Assembly: GCA_963851265.1 (NCBI GenBank)
Contig: CAWKNZ010000002.1
Coordinates: forward strand, 960,001-1,024,000
Direction of reading: 5' to 3'
Origin: an uncultured Gemmatimonadales bacterium
GTDB taxonomy: Bacteria; Gemmatimonadota; Gemmatimonadetes; Gemmatimonadales; Gemmatimonadaceae
Length of the DNA stretch: 64,000 nucleotides
Under the pieces are notes generated by a model that was given only the letters and a program-made list of their open reading frames with translations, was not told the origin of the DNA and did not search any database. The translations under genes and the position numbers were made by a program. Shown here in pieces: positions 11,345 to 20,693 of this stretch. The number at the start of each line of letters is the position of its first letter. Positions within the stretch are counted from its first letter, which is position 1.

Positions 11345-11548
11345 GCGGTACGACCGCGCGGCCGGCTCCGATGTGACGCCGCGATGGTGACGTGCGTCCG
11401 CGCGCGTAATGGAATCCTAATCCGGTGTCCATCCCGCGTTCACGAACCTTGCGTAACATTGCGTTCGTGACGACCGGGCAACCGGCCGTTTCGTCGGGCC
11501 GTGAGTCGTCACGGTCCGCGCCCCAATCGCCGCTCGCCCCGCCGCCTC

Positions 11549-12271
11549 ATGTTCAACAACCTGATCGAGTCGAAGGCGAAGAGACAGCGCAGCCCGGCCG
11601 GCACGGCCATGAGCGTCATCATTCACGCGGCCCTGATCAGCGGGGCGGTCTACGCGACCGCGCACGCGACGATCGCCGCGGAGAAGCCGAAGGAAGAGAA
11701 GGTGACGCTCGTCGAGATGAAGAAGAACGATCCGCCGCCGCCGAAGGAGCCGCCGCCTCCGCCGCCCAAGAACGTCGTCGTCGCGCCCCCGGTCGCGAAG
11801 GGCTTCCAGGTCCTCACGCCGCCGATCAACATCCCGGACATCATCCCGAAGGTCGACCTCTCGAAGCGTGTCACGAGCGAGTCGGACTTCTCGGGTAAGG
11901 GTGTGGCCGGTGGTCGGGCCAACGGCGACCCGAACGTGAAGTCGGCGCCCACGATCCAAACGGACCAGCCGTACTTCGAGTTCCAGGTCGAGAAGCAGGC
12001 GGCCACGGTGCCGGGCTCGCTCACGGCGCAGTACCCGGAGGCACTCCGCTCGAGCGGTGGCGGCGACGGCAAGGTCACGGCGCAGTTCGTGGTCGACACC
12101 ACGGGGCGCGCAGATATGGGCACCTGGAAGATCCTCGAGTCGACGAACGACCTGTTCGCCTCGGCGGCCAAGGACGCCACACGCAAGGCGCGGTTTTACG
12201 CGGCCGAGATCGGCGGGCACAAGGTGAAGCAGCTCGTGCAGCTCCCCTTCTCGTTCAGCCTGACCAAGTAG
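11549..12271 (+). CDS. tonB: Energy transducer TonB
   Basis: TM with SxxxH (SVIIH), Pro-rich linker, C-terminal YPEAL..G.V.AQFVVDTTG; start taken at ATG 11549. Confidence 0.88.
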   Translation: MFNNLIESKAKRQRSPAGTAMSVIIHAALISGAVYATAHATIAAEKPKEEKVTLVEMKKNDPPPPKEPPPPPPKNVVVAPPVAKGFQVLTPPINIPDIIPKVDLSKRVTSESDFSGKGVAGGRANGDPNVKSAPTIQTDQPYFEFQVEKQAATVPGSLTAQYPEALRSSGGGDGKVTAQFVVDTTGRADMGTWKILESTNDLFASAAKDATRKARFYAAEIGGHKVKQLVQLPFSFSLTK

Positions 12272-12371
12272 TTCCGGCCACCGCCGGATCCGGGATTACC
12301 CGCGCCTTCGGGCGCATCCTCCGCGTCGCGCGTGTGCCGGCGCCTTCCACCCCTGCGGGAGATTGTAAGCG

Positions 12372-13103
12372 ATGAACATGGACCTGTTGAACCTGTGGTC
12401 GACGATGGGCGCCTTCGCCAAGTTCATCGTCATCACGCTCGCGATCATGTCGATCTGGTCGCTGACGATCATGTTCCAGAAGTTCTTCCAGATCCGCGCG
12501 GCGCAGGCCGAGACGCGCCGCTTCGCGCCGGAGTTCAGCCAGTTCCTCGACGAGGACAACCTCTCCGAGGCGATCAACCTCGCGCAGAACTACAAGAAGT
12601 CGCACGTCGCCCGCGTCCTCGGCAACTCGCTCGAAGACGTGAAGCCGCTCATCTCGGACGGCTCGGTCACGGTCGCCGACATCAACTCGGCCGAGCGCGC
12701 CGTCGAGCGTGAGATGCTGATGACGATCGTCGACCAGAAGCGCGGCCTCGGCGTGCTGGCGACGGTGGGCGCGACGGCCCCGTTCGTCGGGCTGCTGGGC
12801 ACCACGATGGGCATCGTGAACGCGTTCACCGGTATGGCCGCGTCGGGCTCCGGCGGTCTGTCGGCGATCTCGGCCGGTATCGCCGAGGCGCTCATCACGA
12901 CGGCGTTCGGCCTCATGGTCGCGATCCCGGCGGTGTGGATGTTCAACTACTTCTCGACCAAGATCGACAACCTCACGGCCGAGATGACGTACACGTCCAA
13001 GGAAATGATCGACTACCTGATCAAGGGCGTCTCGGGCGAGTTCGGCCGCTCGCGCTTCACGCGCGAGTTCAGCACCGGGTCGTCGGGCACGATCTCGCAG
13101 TAA
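12372..13103 (+). CDS. exbB: ExbB/TolQ/MotA proton-channel protein
   Basis: LATVGATAPFVGLLGT, GIAEALITTAFGLMVAIPA. Confidence 0.92.
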   Translation: MNMDLLNLWSTMGAFAKFIVITLAIMSIWSLTIMFQKFFQIRAAQAETRRFAPEFSQFLDEDNLSEAINLAQNYKKSHVARVLGNSLEDVKPLISDGSVTVADINSAERAVEREMLMTIVDQKRGLGVLATVGATAPFVGLLGTTMGIVNAFTGMAASGSGGLSAISAGIAEALITTAFGLMVAIPAVWMFNYFSTKIDNLTAEMTYTSKEMIDYLIKGVSGEFGRSRFTREFSTGSSGTISQ

Positions 13104-13121
13104 TCGCGGCCCGGCGCGCGA

Positions 13122-13149
13122 CGCCGGCCGGGATTACACCCGGCCGGCG
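13122..13149 (+). other. 11-bp hairpin in exbB-exbD spacer
   Basis: CGCCGGCCGGG-attaca-CCCGGCCGGCG, no U-tract. Confidence 0.6.
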
Positions 13150-13242
13150 GTCGCCTCGGGCGCGACGGCATGGCCACGGCGAGTCGCGCCGCGATCCGCG
13201 TCGGCAGTCGATCACTCGTTCACGGACACTAGGAGGGAGCAG

Positions 13243-13725
13243 ATGGCGATTTCCACCGGAGGCGGGGGCGGCGTAAAGGCCGAGCCCAACGTGACGCCGC
13301 TCGTCGACGTCATGCTCGTCCTCCTCATCATCTTCATGGTGATCATCCCGACGCTGACGTCGGGGTTGAACGCCACGCCGCCGCAGGGGATCAACCTCAA
13401 GAAGCACCCCGAGGAGAACGGCGACCAGTTGCTCGGCATCGACCGCAAGGGGCAGTACTACCTCAACCGGCAGCCGATCCCGAACAACAATCTCGAAGCG
13501 CAGCTGCGCAACATCTACGATAAGCGCACCGAGGACAAAATCCTCTACGTGCGCGCCGACCGGAACCTCGAGTACTCCAAGGTGCAGGACGCCGTCGACA
13601 TCGCCGGCAAGGCCGGCGTGCGCGTGACCGGCCTCATCTCGGAGCAGACGCCGGGATCGGAAGGCAAGTCGATCGACGCGGCTAGCGACTCCAAGGTCGG
13701 CAACGTGGGCGGAGGAAAGCAGTAA
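13243..13725 (+). CDS. exbD: ExbD/TolR protein (copy 1)
   Basis: EPNVTPLVDVMLVLLIIFMV, VRADRNLEY; AGGAGG RBS. Confidence 0.92.
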   Translation: MAISTGGGGGVKAEPNVTPLVDVMLVLLIIFMVIIPTLTSGLNATPPQGINLKKHPEENGDQLLGIDRKGQYYLNRQPIPNNNLEAQLRNIYDKRTEDKILYVRADRNLEYSKVQDAVDIAGKAGVRVTGLISEQTPGSEGKSIDAASDSKVGNVGGGKQ

Positions 13726-14141
13726 TGGCCATGTCTTCAGGCGGTGGGAGCGGCGGCCTCACGAACGAGCCGAACGTGACCCCGATGATCGACGTGCTCA
13801 TGGTGCTCCTGATCATCTTCATGGTGATCGTGCCCTCGAGCCGCAAGGCGATCGACGTACAGGTCCCCGACCCCAACCCGCCGCAGCAGACGACGCAGCA
13901 GGACAACACGTCGATCGTGCTCACGGTGCAGAAGGGCGGGAAGTACCTGATCAACAAGGAAGCGGCTGACCTCAACTCGCTCGGGCCCCGCCTCAAGTCG
14001 ATCTACGAACCGCGTCCCGACAAGGTCATCTTCATCAAGGGCGACCCGACCGCGACGTACCAGGACGTGATCCACGCGATGGACGTCGCGCGCGGCTCGG
14101 GCGTCAAGGTGATCGGCTTCACGCCGAAGGGCGCCACCTAA
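13725..14141 (+). CDS. exbD: ExbD/TolR protein (copy 2)
   Basis: EPNVTPMIDVLMVLLIIFMV, IKGD..ATYQDV; TAATG overlap. Confidence 0.92.
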   Translation: MAMSSGGGSGGLTNEPNVTPMIDVLMVLLIIFMVIVPSSRKAIDVQVPDPNPPQQTTQQDNTSIVLTVQKGGKYLINKEAADLNSLGPRLKSIYEPRPDKVIFIKGDPTATYQDVIHAMDVARGSGVKVIGFTPKGAT

Positions 14142-14313
14142 CCGGCGTTCGCTTTACACCGCTGCCGGCGTCATCGCCCCGGTGCGCGTGACGGCGGACG
14201 GGCCCTCGTGGCTCGTCCGCCGCTGTGTTGTGTACCACCGGTGTGTCTGACCGTCGCCGGCGCGCGCCGTCGCGCGCCATGCGCCCACGCTGCCGTCCCA
14301 CGCGCTACCCCGG

Positions 14314-15162
14314 ATGTCGTACGAGTCGCCCCCCGTTCCCGAACGGCCGAAGCTCCGGCCGCCCGTCGGCATCCCCGTCCCGGCTACGCCGCGCGTCCGA
14401 AGCGTGCTCGCGTCAGTCGGGATTCACGCGCTCATCATCGCGCTGCTCGTCGTCCCGTTCGCGGCTCCCGAGGTGATCCGCGTGATCACCGGGTCTGGCG
14501 GTCCGACGCCGGCCGGCGGTGGCGGCGGCGGCCTACGCGGGTCTGGAGGCGACCGCGGCGGGCCGCCGATCGTCGAGCGCTTGCGGTACGTCCAACTCGC
14601 CGCACCGCCGGTTCCGCCCCCCACCAAGGCGGCGGTCAGCGCGCCGGTCGTTACACCACCGCCGGTCGTGAAACCGCCGGTCGCACCGCCGGTCACGCCC
14701 CCCGTGTCGAAGCCCGCGCCTGCCGCGACCACGACGCCCGCCCCGGCGACGTCGAGCGTGACCGCGCCCGGCGCCGGCTCCGGCGGCGGTACGGGAGCGG
14801 ACGGGACGCTCGGATCGGGGCCCGGTACGGGCGGTGGCGTGGGAAGTGGCGCCGGAAGCGGTCGCGGAAGTGGCGTCGGGCCGGCCACTGGCGGCGGCAC
14901 GACGGCCAACCCGGCGCCCACGTTGGTCGAGATGTTCATTCCGCCGCCGGGCACGCCGAAGCGGGACAAGGGGAAAACCATCGTCGCGGTGTTCGACGTC
15001 GACAGCACGGGCCACGTCATCAAGGTCGACTTCACGCAGGTGAGCGACGGGGGCTACAACCGAAAACTGCGGGAAGCGTTCGAGTCGTTCCGGTTTCGGC
15101 CCGCCGTCCGTCCGGACGGCACGCCCATACGCGCCACGGCTTCGGTCGAGTACGTGCTCTGA
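14314..15162 (+). CDS. Second TonB/TolA-like protein, Gly/Pro-rich linker
   Basis: TM SVGIH (SxxxH), Pro and Gly repeats, C-terminal FDVDSTGHV..FRFRPAVRPDGTP. Confidence 0.7.
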   Translation: MSYESPPVPERPKLRPPVGIPVPATPRVRSVLASVGIHALIIALLVVPFAAPEVIRVITGSGGPTPAGGGGGGLRGSGGDRGGPPIVERLRYVQLAAPPVPPPTKAAVSAPVVTPPPVVKPPVAPPVTPPVSKPAPAATTTPAPATSSVTAPGAGSGGGTGADGTLGSGPGTGGGVGSGAGSGRGSGVGPATGGGTTANPAPTLVEMFIPPPGTPKRDKGKTIVAVFDVDSTGHVIKVDFTQVSDGGYNRKLREAFESFRFRPAVRPDGTPIRATASVEYVL

Positions 15163-15192
15163 AGCGCCCGCGAAGTTCGCGGGCGCTTTTTC
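15162..15192 (+). terminator. Intrinsic terminator
   Basis: AAGCGCCCGCGAA-g-TTCGCGGGCGCTT plus T run. Confidence 0.8.
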
Positions 15193-15337
15193 GTGATGAC
15201 GCGTGGTGGGGCGCGACGCCGGTTCGGCTGGCACTCGTTCGTACCGGACCCTATGTTGCCGCGCTGTTGCCCGGGCCGAGCGCGCACGCGTCTCAGTCGC
15301 GGTCGCCGCCCTTGACCCCAGCCCCGAGCGAGCGCGC

Positions 15338-16909
15338 ATGTCCAGCGTGGTCGACGCGTCATCCGCGCGCCCGTCCCAGGTCGCTGTGCCACATGCGGAT
15401 GGCGCGGCGGACGACGACGGCTCCGACGAATTCGTCAAGGCGCTGACGCTGACCGACGCGACGATGCTCGTGGCCGGCTCGATGATCGGGTCGGGGATCT
15501 TCATCGTTTCGGCCGACATCGCGCGCACCGTCGGCTCGCCCGCCGTCCTCCTCGCGGCGTGGGGACTGACGGGAGTCATCACGTTGCTCGGCGCGCTCGC
15601 GTATGGCGAGCTCGCCGCGATGTATCCGCGGGCCGGCGGCCAGTACGTGTTCCTGCGCGAGGCGATGGGCCCGGTGATGGGCTTCCTCTACGGCTGGACA
15701 CTCTTCGTCGTGATCCAGACCGGCACGATCGCCGCGGTCGCGGTCGCGTTCGGCAAGTTCCTCGGCGTACTCGTGCCGTCGATCACCGCGGATCGGTACG
15801 CGTGGTTCCCGCGGGCCGATGTCTGCGTGGCGTTTCTCGGTTGTCGCGACGCGTCGACGCAGGCGATTCAGCTCGGGCTCACGCCGCAGCGCCTCGTCGG
15901 GCTGGCGAGCGTCTGGGTGCTCACGCTCGTGAACCTTCGGGGGGTGCGCGAGGGCAAGCTCGTCCAAACGACACTCACCGTGCTCAAGGCCGGCGCGCTC
16001 GCCGTGCTCATACTGCTCGGGCTCACGTTAGGCCGAAACGCGACGGCGCTCGCGGCGAACTTCGGCCCCGGGCGGTTTTCCCACCCGGTCGAGTACGCGG
16101 CCCCGTTCGCGCTCGTGTTCGGCTCCGCGCTGGTCGGCTCGCTGTTCTCGAGCGACGCGTGGAACAACGTCACGTTCGCGGCCGCCGAGGTGCGCAACCC
16201 GCGTCGGAATCTGCCGCTCGCGCTCGTGCTCGGCACCGGCCTCGTCACCCTGCTGTACGTGCTCGCGAACGTCGCCTACCTCAACGTGCTGCCGATGTCG
16301 GGCGTAGCCGAGGGCGCGACGGCGCTCGCGCGCGGCGTGTCGCACGCCACGCAGGACCGCGTCGCGACGGCGGTGGCGGAGGTGATCTTCGGCACGGCGG
16401 GCGTGACGATCATGGCGGTCGCGATCCTCGTGTCCACCTTCGGCTGCAACAACGGCCTCGTCCTCGCCGGGGCGCGCGTCTACTGGGCGATGGCGCGCGA
16501 CGGCGTGTTCTTTCGCAAGGCGGGCGAGTTGAACGCGAAGGGCGTTCCCGCGTTCGCCCTGTTCGCGCAAGCGGTGTGGACGACGCTGCTCTGCCTGACC
16601 GGCACGTACGGGCAGCTACTGGATTACGTGATCTTCGCGGCGCTCGTGTTCTACGCGTTCACGACCATCGGGCTGTTCGTGCTCCGCCGCACCCGCGCGG
16701 ACGCGGAGCGGCCGTACCGCGCGATCGGCTACCCGTTCCTGCCGGCGCTCTACATCTGTCTGAGCGCCGGCGTGGCGGTGTTACTCCTCCTCGCCGAGAA
16801 GACGCGCACGCAGGCCGTGTCGGGTCTCGTGCTCGTGCTCATCGGCCTGCCTGTGTACTGGCTCTGGCGCGCCCGCGGCGGCACGCCGGACCGCATCGCG
16901 GCCCGCTGA
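15338..16909 (+). CDS. APC-family amino acid permease (LAT-like)
   Basis: GSMIGSGIF, YGELAAMYPRAGGQY, AEVRNPRRNLP, about 12 TM; start at ATG 15338. Confidence 0.9.
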   Translation: MSSVVDASSARPSQVAVPHADGAADDDGSDEFVKALTLTDATMLVAGSMIGSGIFIVSADIARTVGSPAVLLAAWGLTGVITLLGALAYGELAAMYPRAGGQYVFLREAMGPVMGFLYGWTLFVVIQTGTIAAVAVAFGKFLGVLVPSITADRYAWFPRADVCVAFLGCRDASTQAIQLGLTPQRLVGLASVWVLTLVNLRGVREGKLVQTTLTVLKAGALAVLILLGLTLGRNATALAANFGPGRFSHPVEYAAPFALVFGSALVGSLFSSDAWNNVTFAAAEVRNPRRNLPLALVLGTGLVTLLYVLANVAYLNVLPMSGVAEGATALARGVSHATQDRVATAVAEVIFGTAGVTIMAVAILVSTFGCNNGLVLAGARVYWAMARDGVFFRKAGELNAKGVPAFALFAQAVWTTLLCLTGTYGQLLDYVIFAALVFYAFTTIGLFVLRRTRADAERPYRAIGYPFLPALYICLSAGVAVLLLLAEKTRTQAVSGLVLVLIGLPVYWLWRARGGTPDRIAAR

Positions 16910-16972
16910 TCGACGATCCTCCCGTCGTCAGGTCGGACCGCGCGTCGTCCCATCACCCCAGCCGCCTCGTAC

Positions 16973-19144
16973 ATGGATCCCTCGCAGTCCACGCTCGTCG
17001 TTCTCGTCCTCGCCGCGAGCGGCATCGCGCTCGTCGCGGCGGTGTTGCTCGCCCGTTGGGTGCTCGCCCTCAGCCGGGGCGAGCCCGCGATGCAGCGGAT
17101 CTCGAACGCGATCCAGGAGGGCGCCGAAGCGTACCTCGCGCGGCAGTACAAGACGATCGGCGTGCTGTCCGTCGTCGTCGCGGCACTCATATACATCGGC
17201 TACGCGTTCTTCCGCCCGGCCGAGACCGGCGCGAACGCGCTCTCGGCCGGCACGCTGGCCGGCTACACCACGATCTCGTTCCTGTTAGGCGCGGTGTGTT
17301 CGGGGATCGCGGGCTACATGGGGATGTGGGTCTCGATCCGCACGAACATCCGCGTCGCGGCGGCGGCGCGGACCTCGCTCAACGCCGCGCTCCAGGCGGC
17401 GCTGCGGGGCGGGGCAGTGTCGGGGCTCTTCACCGTGGCGATGTCGCTGATCGGCGTGTCGGGGCTCTTCGCGGCGTTGCACGCGATCGCCCCGGCGGGC
17501 GTGTCGTCCGACGAGTGGACGCGGCGCATCCCGTTTCTGATCGTTGGATTCGGCTTCGGGGCGTCGTTCGTGGCGCTGTTCGCGCAACTCGGTGGCGGCA
17601 TCTACACCAAGGCCGCCGACGTCGGCGCCGACTTGGTCGGTAAGGTCGAGGCCGGCATCCCGGAGGACGATCCGCGCAACCCCGCGGTGATCGCCGACCT
17701 GGTCGGCGACAACGTCGGCGACTGCGCCGGCCGCGGCGCGGACCTGTTCGAGTCGACCGCCGCCGAGAACATCGGCGCGATGATCCTCGGGGTGCTGCTC
17801 TATCCGTTCTTCGGCGTCCGGGGCGTGTTGTTTCCGCTCGTCGTCGGCGCCGTCGGGTTGCTCGCGTCGATCGTCGGCGTGGTGGTCGTGCGCACGAGCG
17901 GCGACGAGGACCCGATGAGCGCGCTCAACCGCGGCTTCTACGTGACGTCCGCGATCGTCGCGGTCGCGCTGTTCTTCCTCTGCCGCGGCCTGCTCGGGAC
18001 GTCGAGCGCGCCCGACGCGTGGTGGCACTACTTCGCCTGCGGGATGGTCGGCCTCGCGACGGCGTTCGCGTTCGTCTACATCACGCAGTACTACACCGAG
18101 TACCGCTACCGCCCGGTACTGTCGATCGCCGAGGCGAGCCAGACCGGCCCGGCCACCAACATCATCGCCGGCCTCGCGGTCGGGATGGAGTCGACCGTGC
18201 TGCCGGTGATCACGGTCGCCATTGCGATCGTGGCGAGCTACTACCTCGGGCGCACGAGCGGGCTCGTCGACGGCTCGGGGCAGCCCGTCGGCGGGCTGTT
18301 CGGCACGGCGGTCGCGACGATGGGCATGCTCGGGACCGCCGGATACATCCTCGCGATGGACGTGTTCGGACCGATCACCGACAACGCGGGCGGCATCGTC
18401 GAGATGAGCGAGCAGCCGGAGTCGATCCGCGACAAGACGGACCGGCTGGACGCGGTCGGCAACACGACGAAGGCGCTCACGAAGGGGTACGCGATCGGGT
18501 CGGCGTCGCTCGCGGCGTTCCTGCTCTTCTCGGCGTACCTCGACGAGGTGCGCGGGCTGACCGGGCAGGAGCTGTCGGTGAACCTCGCGAAGCCGCAGGT
18601 CTTCGTCGCGGGGCTGCTCGGCGCGATGCTCGTGTTCTGGTTCTCATCGCTCGCGATGACCGCGGTGCGGAAGGCGGCGCAGAGCGTGATCACCGAGGTG
18701 CGGCGCCAGTTCCAGGAAATGCCTGGAATCATGCAGGGCACGCAGCAGCCGGACTACGGACGGTGCGTGGACATCGTCACGCTCGGGGCGCTCAAGGCGA
18801 TGGTCGTGCCGGGTGCGCTCGTGGTGTTCTTCCCGATCGTCGTCGGCCTGCTGTTCAAACTCGTCGGGCTGGGCGCTGAGGCGGTGGGCGCGTTCCTGAT
18901 GGTGGCGACCATCACCGGCATCCTCATGGCCGTGTTTCTCAACAACGGCGGCGGCGCGTGGGACAACGCCAAGAAGTACATCGAAACCGGCCACTACGGC
19001 GGGAAGCGGTCGGAGGCGCACAAGGCGGCGGTCGTCGGCGACACCGTGGGTGATCCGTTCAAGGACACGGCCGGCCCCTCGCTGCACGTGCTGATCAAGC
19101 TGCTCGCGACCATCACGCTGGTGCTCGCGCCGCTGTTCATCTGA
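16973..19144 (+). CDS. hppA: Membrane-bound H+-translocating pyrophosphatase
   Basis: GGGIYTKAADVGADLVGKVE, IADLVGDNVGD, GNTTKA, GGAWDNAKK, GDTVGDPFKDT. Confidence 0.96.
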   Translation: MDPSQSTLVVLVLAASGIALVAAVLLARWVLALSRGEPAMQRISNAIQEGAEAYLARQYKTIGVLSVVVAALIYIGYAFFRPAETGANALSAGTLAGYTTISFLLGAVCSGIAGYMGMWVSIRTNIRVAAAARTSLNAALQAALRGGAVSGLFTVAMSLIGVSGLFAALHAIAPAGVSSDEWTRRIPFLIVGFGFGASFVALFAQLGGGIYTKAADVGADLVGKVEAGIPEDDPRNPAVIADLVGDNVGDCAGRGADLFESTAAENIGAMILGVLLYPFFGVRGVLFPLVVGAVGLLASIVGVVVVRTSGDEDPMSALNRGFYVTSAIVAVALFFLCRGLLGTSSAPDAWWHYFACGMVGLATAFAFVYITQYYTEYRYRPVLSIAEASQTGPATNIIAGLAVGMESTVLPVITVAIAIVASYYLGRTSGLVDGSGQPVGGLFGTAVATMGMLGTAGYILAMDVFGPITDNAGGIVEMSEQPESIRDKTDRLDAVGNTTKALTKGYAIGSASLAAFLLFSAYLDEVRGLTGQELSVNLAKPQVFVAGLLGAMLVFWFSSLAMTAVRKAAQSVITEVRRQFQEMPGIMQGTQQPDYGRCVDIVTLGALKAMVVPGALVVFFPIVVGLLFKLVGLGAEAVGAFLMVATITGILMAVFLNNGGGAWDNAKKYIETGHYGGKRSEAHKAAVVGDTVGDPFKDTAGPSLHVLIKLLATITLVLAPLFI

Positions 19145-19178
19145 CCTGACGCCATCGCCCCGCCACGTCACGCCTGCC

Positions 19179-20690
19179 GTGCCCTCGCTCTTTTCGCGCA
19201 AGCCGATCGCCGATCACATCACCGACGAGCACGACCCGAACGCGCTCCGGCGCTCGCTCGGGGCGGGCGACCTGATCATGCTCGCGATCGGGGCGGTGAT
19301 CGGGGCGGGGATCTTCGGCTCGATCGGGTCGGCCGCGGCGGGGCAGCTCGACGCGGCCGGGCACGTCGTCCGCGTCGGCGCGGGGCCCGCGCTGGTCCTG
19401 TCGTTTCTGTTGCTCGGGGCCGCGTGCGCGCTGGCGGGACTCTGCTATGCGGAGCTCGCGTCGATGATCCCGCAGGCCGGCAGTGCGTACGCGTACTCGT
19501 ACGCGACGCTCGGCGAGATCGTCGCCTGGATCATCGGGTGGGACCTGATTCTCGAGTACGCGGTCGGGAACGTCGCGGTCGCGATCAGTTGGGGGGACTA
19601 TTTCAAGTCGCTGTTCGGCGGCGCGTTCACGATCCCGGCGTGGCTCAGCACGGGCTACCGGACGGCGCTGCTCTCGAACGACCCCGCGGTGCACGGGCTG
19701 CTCGACAGCGCGCCGCGGCTCTTCGGATTCCCGGTGCTCGTGAACGTCCCCGCGTTCGCGATCGTCGCCGCCATCACGGTCCTCCTGCTGCGCGGCGCGC
19801 GCGAGAGCGCGCGGGCGAACAACGTGATGGTGGTCGTCAAGCTCATCGTGCTCGCGCTGTTCGTCGTGGTCGGCGCGACCCACATCCACCCGCAGAACTA
19901 CCACCCGTTCGCGCCCAACGGCTTCCGCGGCGTCCACCAGGGCGCCGCGATCGTCTTCTTCGCGTACATCGGCTTCGACGCGATCTCGACGGCGGGCGAG
20001 GAGACGCGGAACCCGCAGCGCAACCTCCCGATCGGCATCCTCGGCGGCCTGGCGATCTGCACGGTGATCTACATCATCATCGGCGCGGTGCTCACGGGGA
20101 TGGTGCCGTACACCGAGTTGGGCAAGGCGGCCGACCCGCTCGCCTACGCGCTCAACGTCTCGGGGCTGACGTGGGTCTCGAAGGTCGTCGCACTCGGCGC
20201 GGTGTTCTCGATGGCGGCGGTGCTCCTCGTCTTCCAGTACGGGCAGCCGCGCATCTTCTTCGCGATGGCGCGGGACGGGCTGCTTCCGCAGTGGGCGGCG
20301 AAGGTGCACCCCGTGCACCGCACGCCGTGGGTGACGACGATGCTCACCGGCGCGTTCGTCTCGCTGTGGTCACTGATCGGCGACGCCAACGAGACCTACG
20401 ACCTGACCAACATCGGGACGCTCTTCGCGTTCACGCTCGTGTGCATCGGCGTGATCGTCCTGCGTCACACCGACCCGGACCGGCACCGGCCCTTCCGCGT
20501 GCCTGCGGTGCACTTCGTCGGGATCGCCGGCGCTGCACTCTGCGTGTTCGTGATGCGCGGACTGCCGCCGATGGCGTGGGAGCGGTTCGGCTACTGGCTG
20601 CTGATCGGGCTGGTGCTGTACTTCGTGTACGGATACCGCAACTCGAGGCTGCGCCGCCCCGGCGCGCTCGCCGCGTCCAGCGGTCGCTGA
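19179..20690 (+). CDS. APC-family (CAT-like) amino acid permease
   Basis: GAVIGAGIF, CYAELASMIPQAGSAY, FFAYIGFD, EETRNPQR, MARDGLLP. Confidence 0.92.
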   Translation: MPSLFSRKPIADHITDEHDPNALRRSLGAGDLIMLAIGAVIGAGIFGSIGSAAAGQLDAAGHVVRVGAGPALVLSFLLLGAACALAGLCYAELASMIPQAGSAYAYSYATLGEIVAWIIGWDLILEYAVGNVAVAISWGDYFKSLFGGAFTIPAWLSTGYRTALLSNDPAVHGLLDSAPRLFGFPVLVNVPAFAIVAAITVLLLRGARESARANNVMVVVKLIVLALFVVVGATHIHPQNYHPFAPNGFRGVHQGAAIVFFAYIGFDAISTAGEETRNPQRNLPIGILGGLAICTVIYIIIGAVLTGMVPYTELGKAADPLAYALNVSGLTWVSKVVALGAVFSMAAVLLVFQYGQPRIFFAMARDGLLPQWAAKVHPVHRTPWVTTMLTGAFVSLWSLIGDANETYDLTNIGTLFAFTLVCIGVIVLRHTDPDRHRPFRVPAVHFVGIAGAALCVFVMRGLPPMAWERFGYWLLIGLVLYFVYGYRNSRLRRPGALAASSGR

Positions 20691-20693
20691 CGC

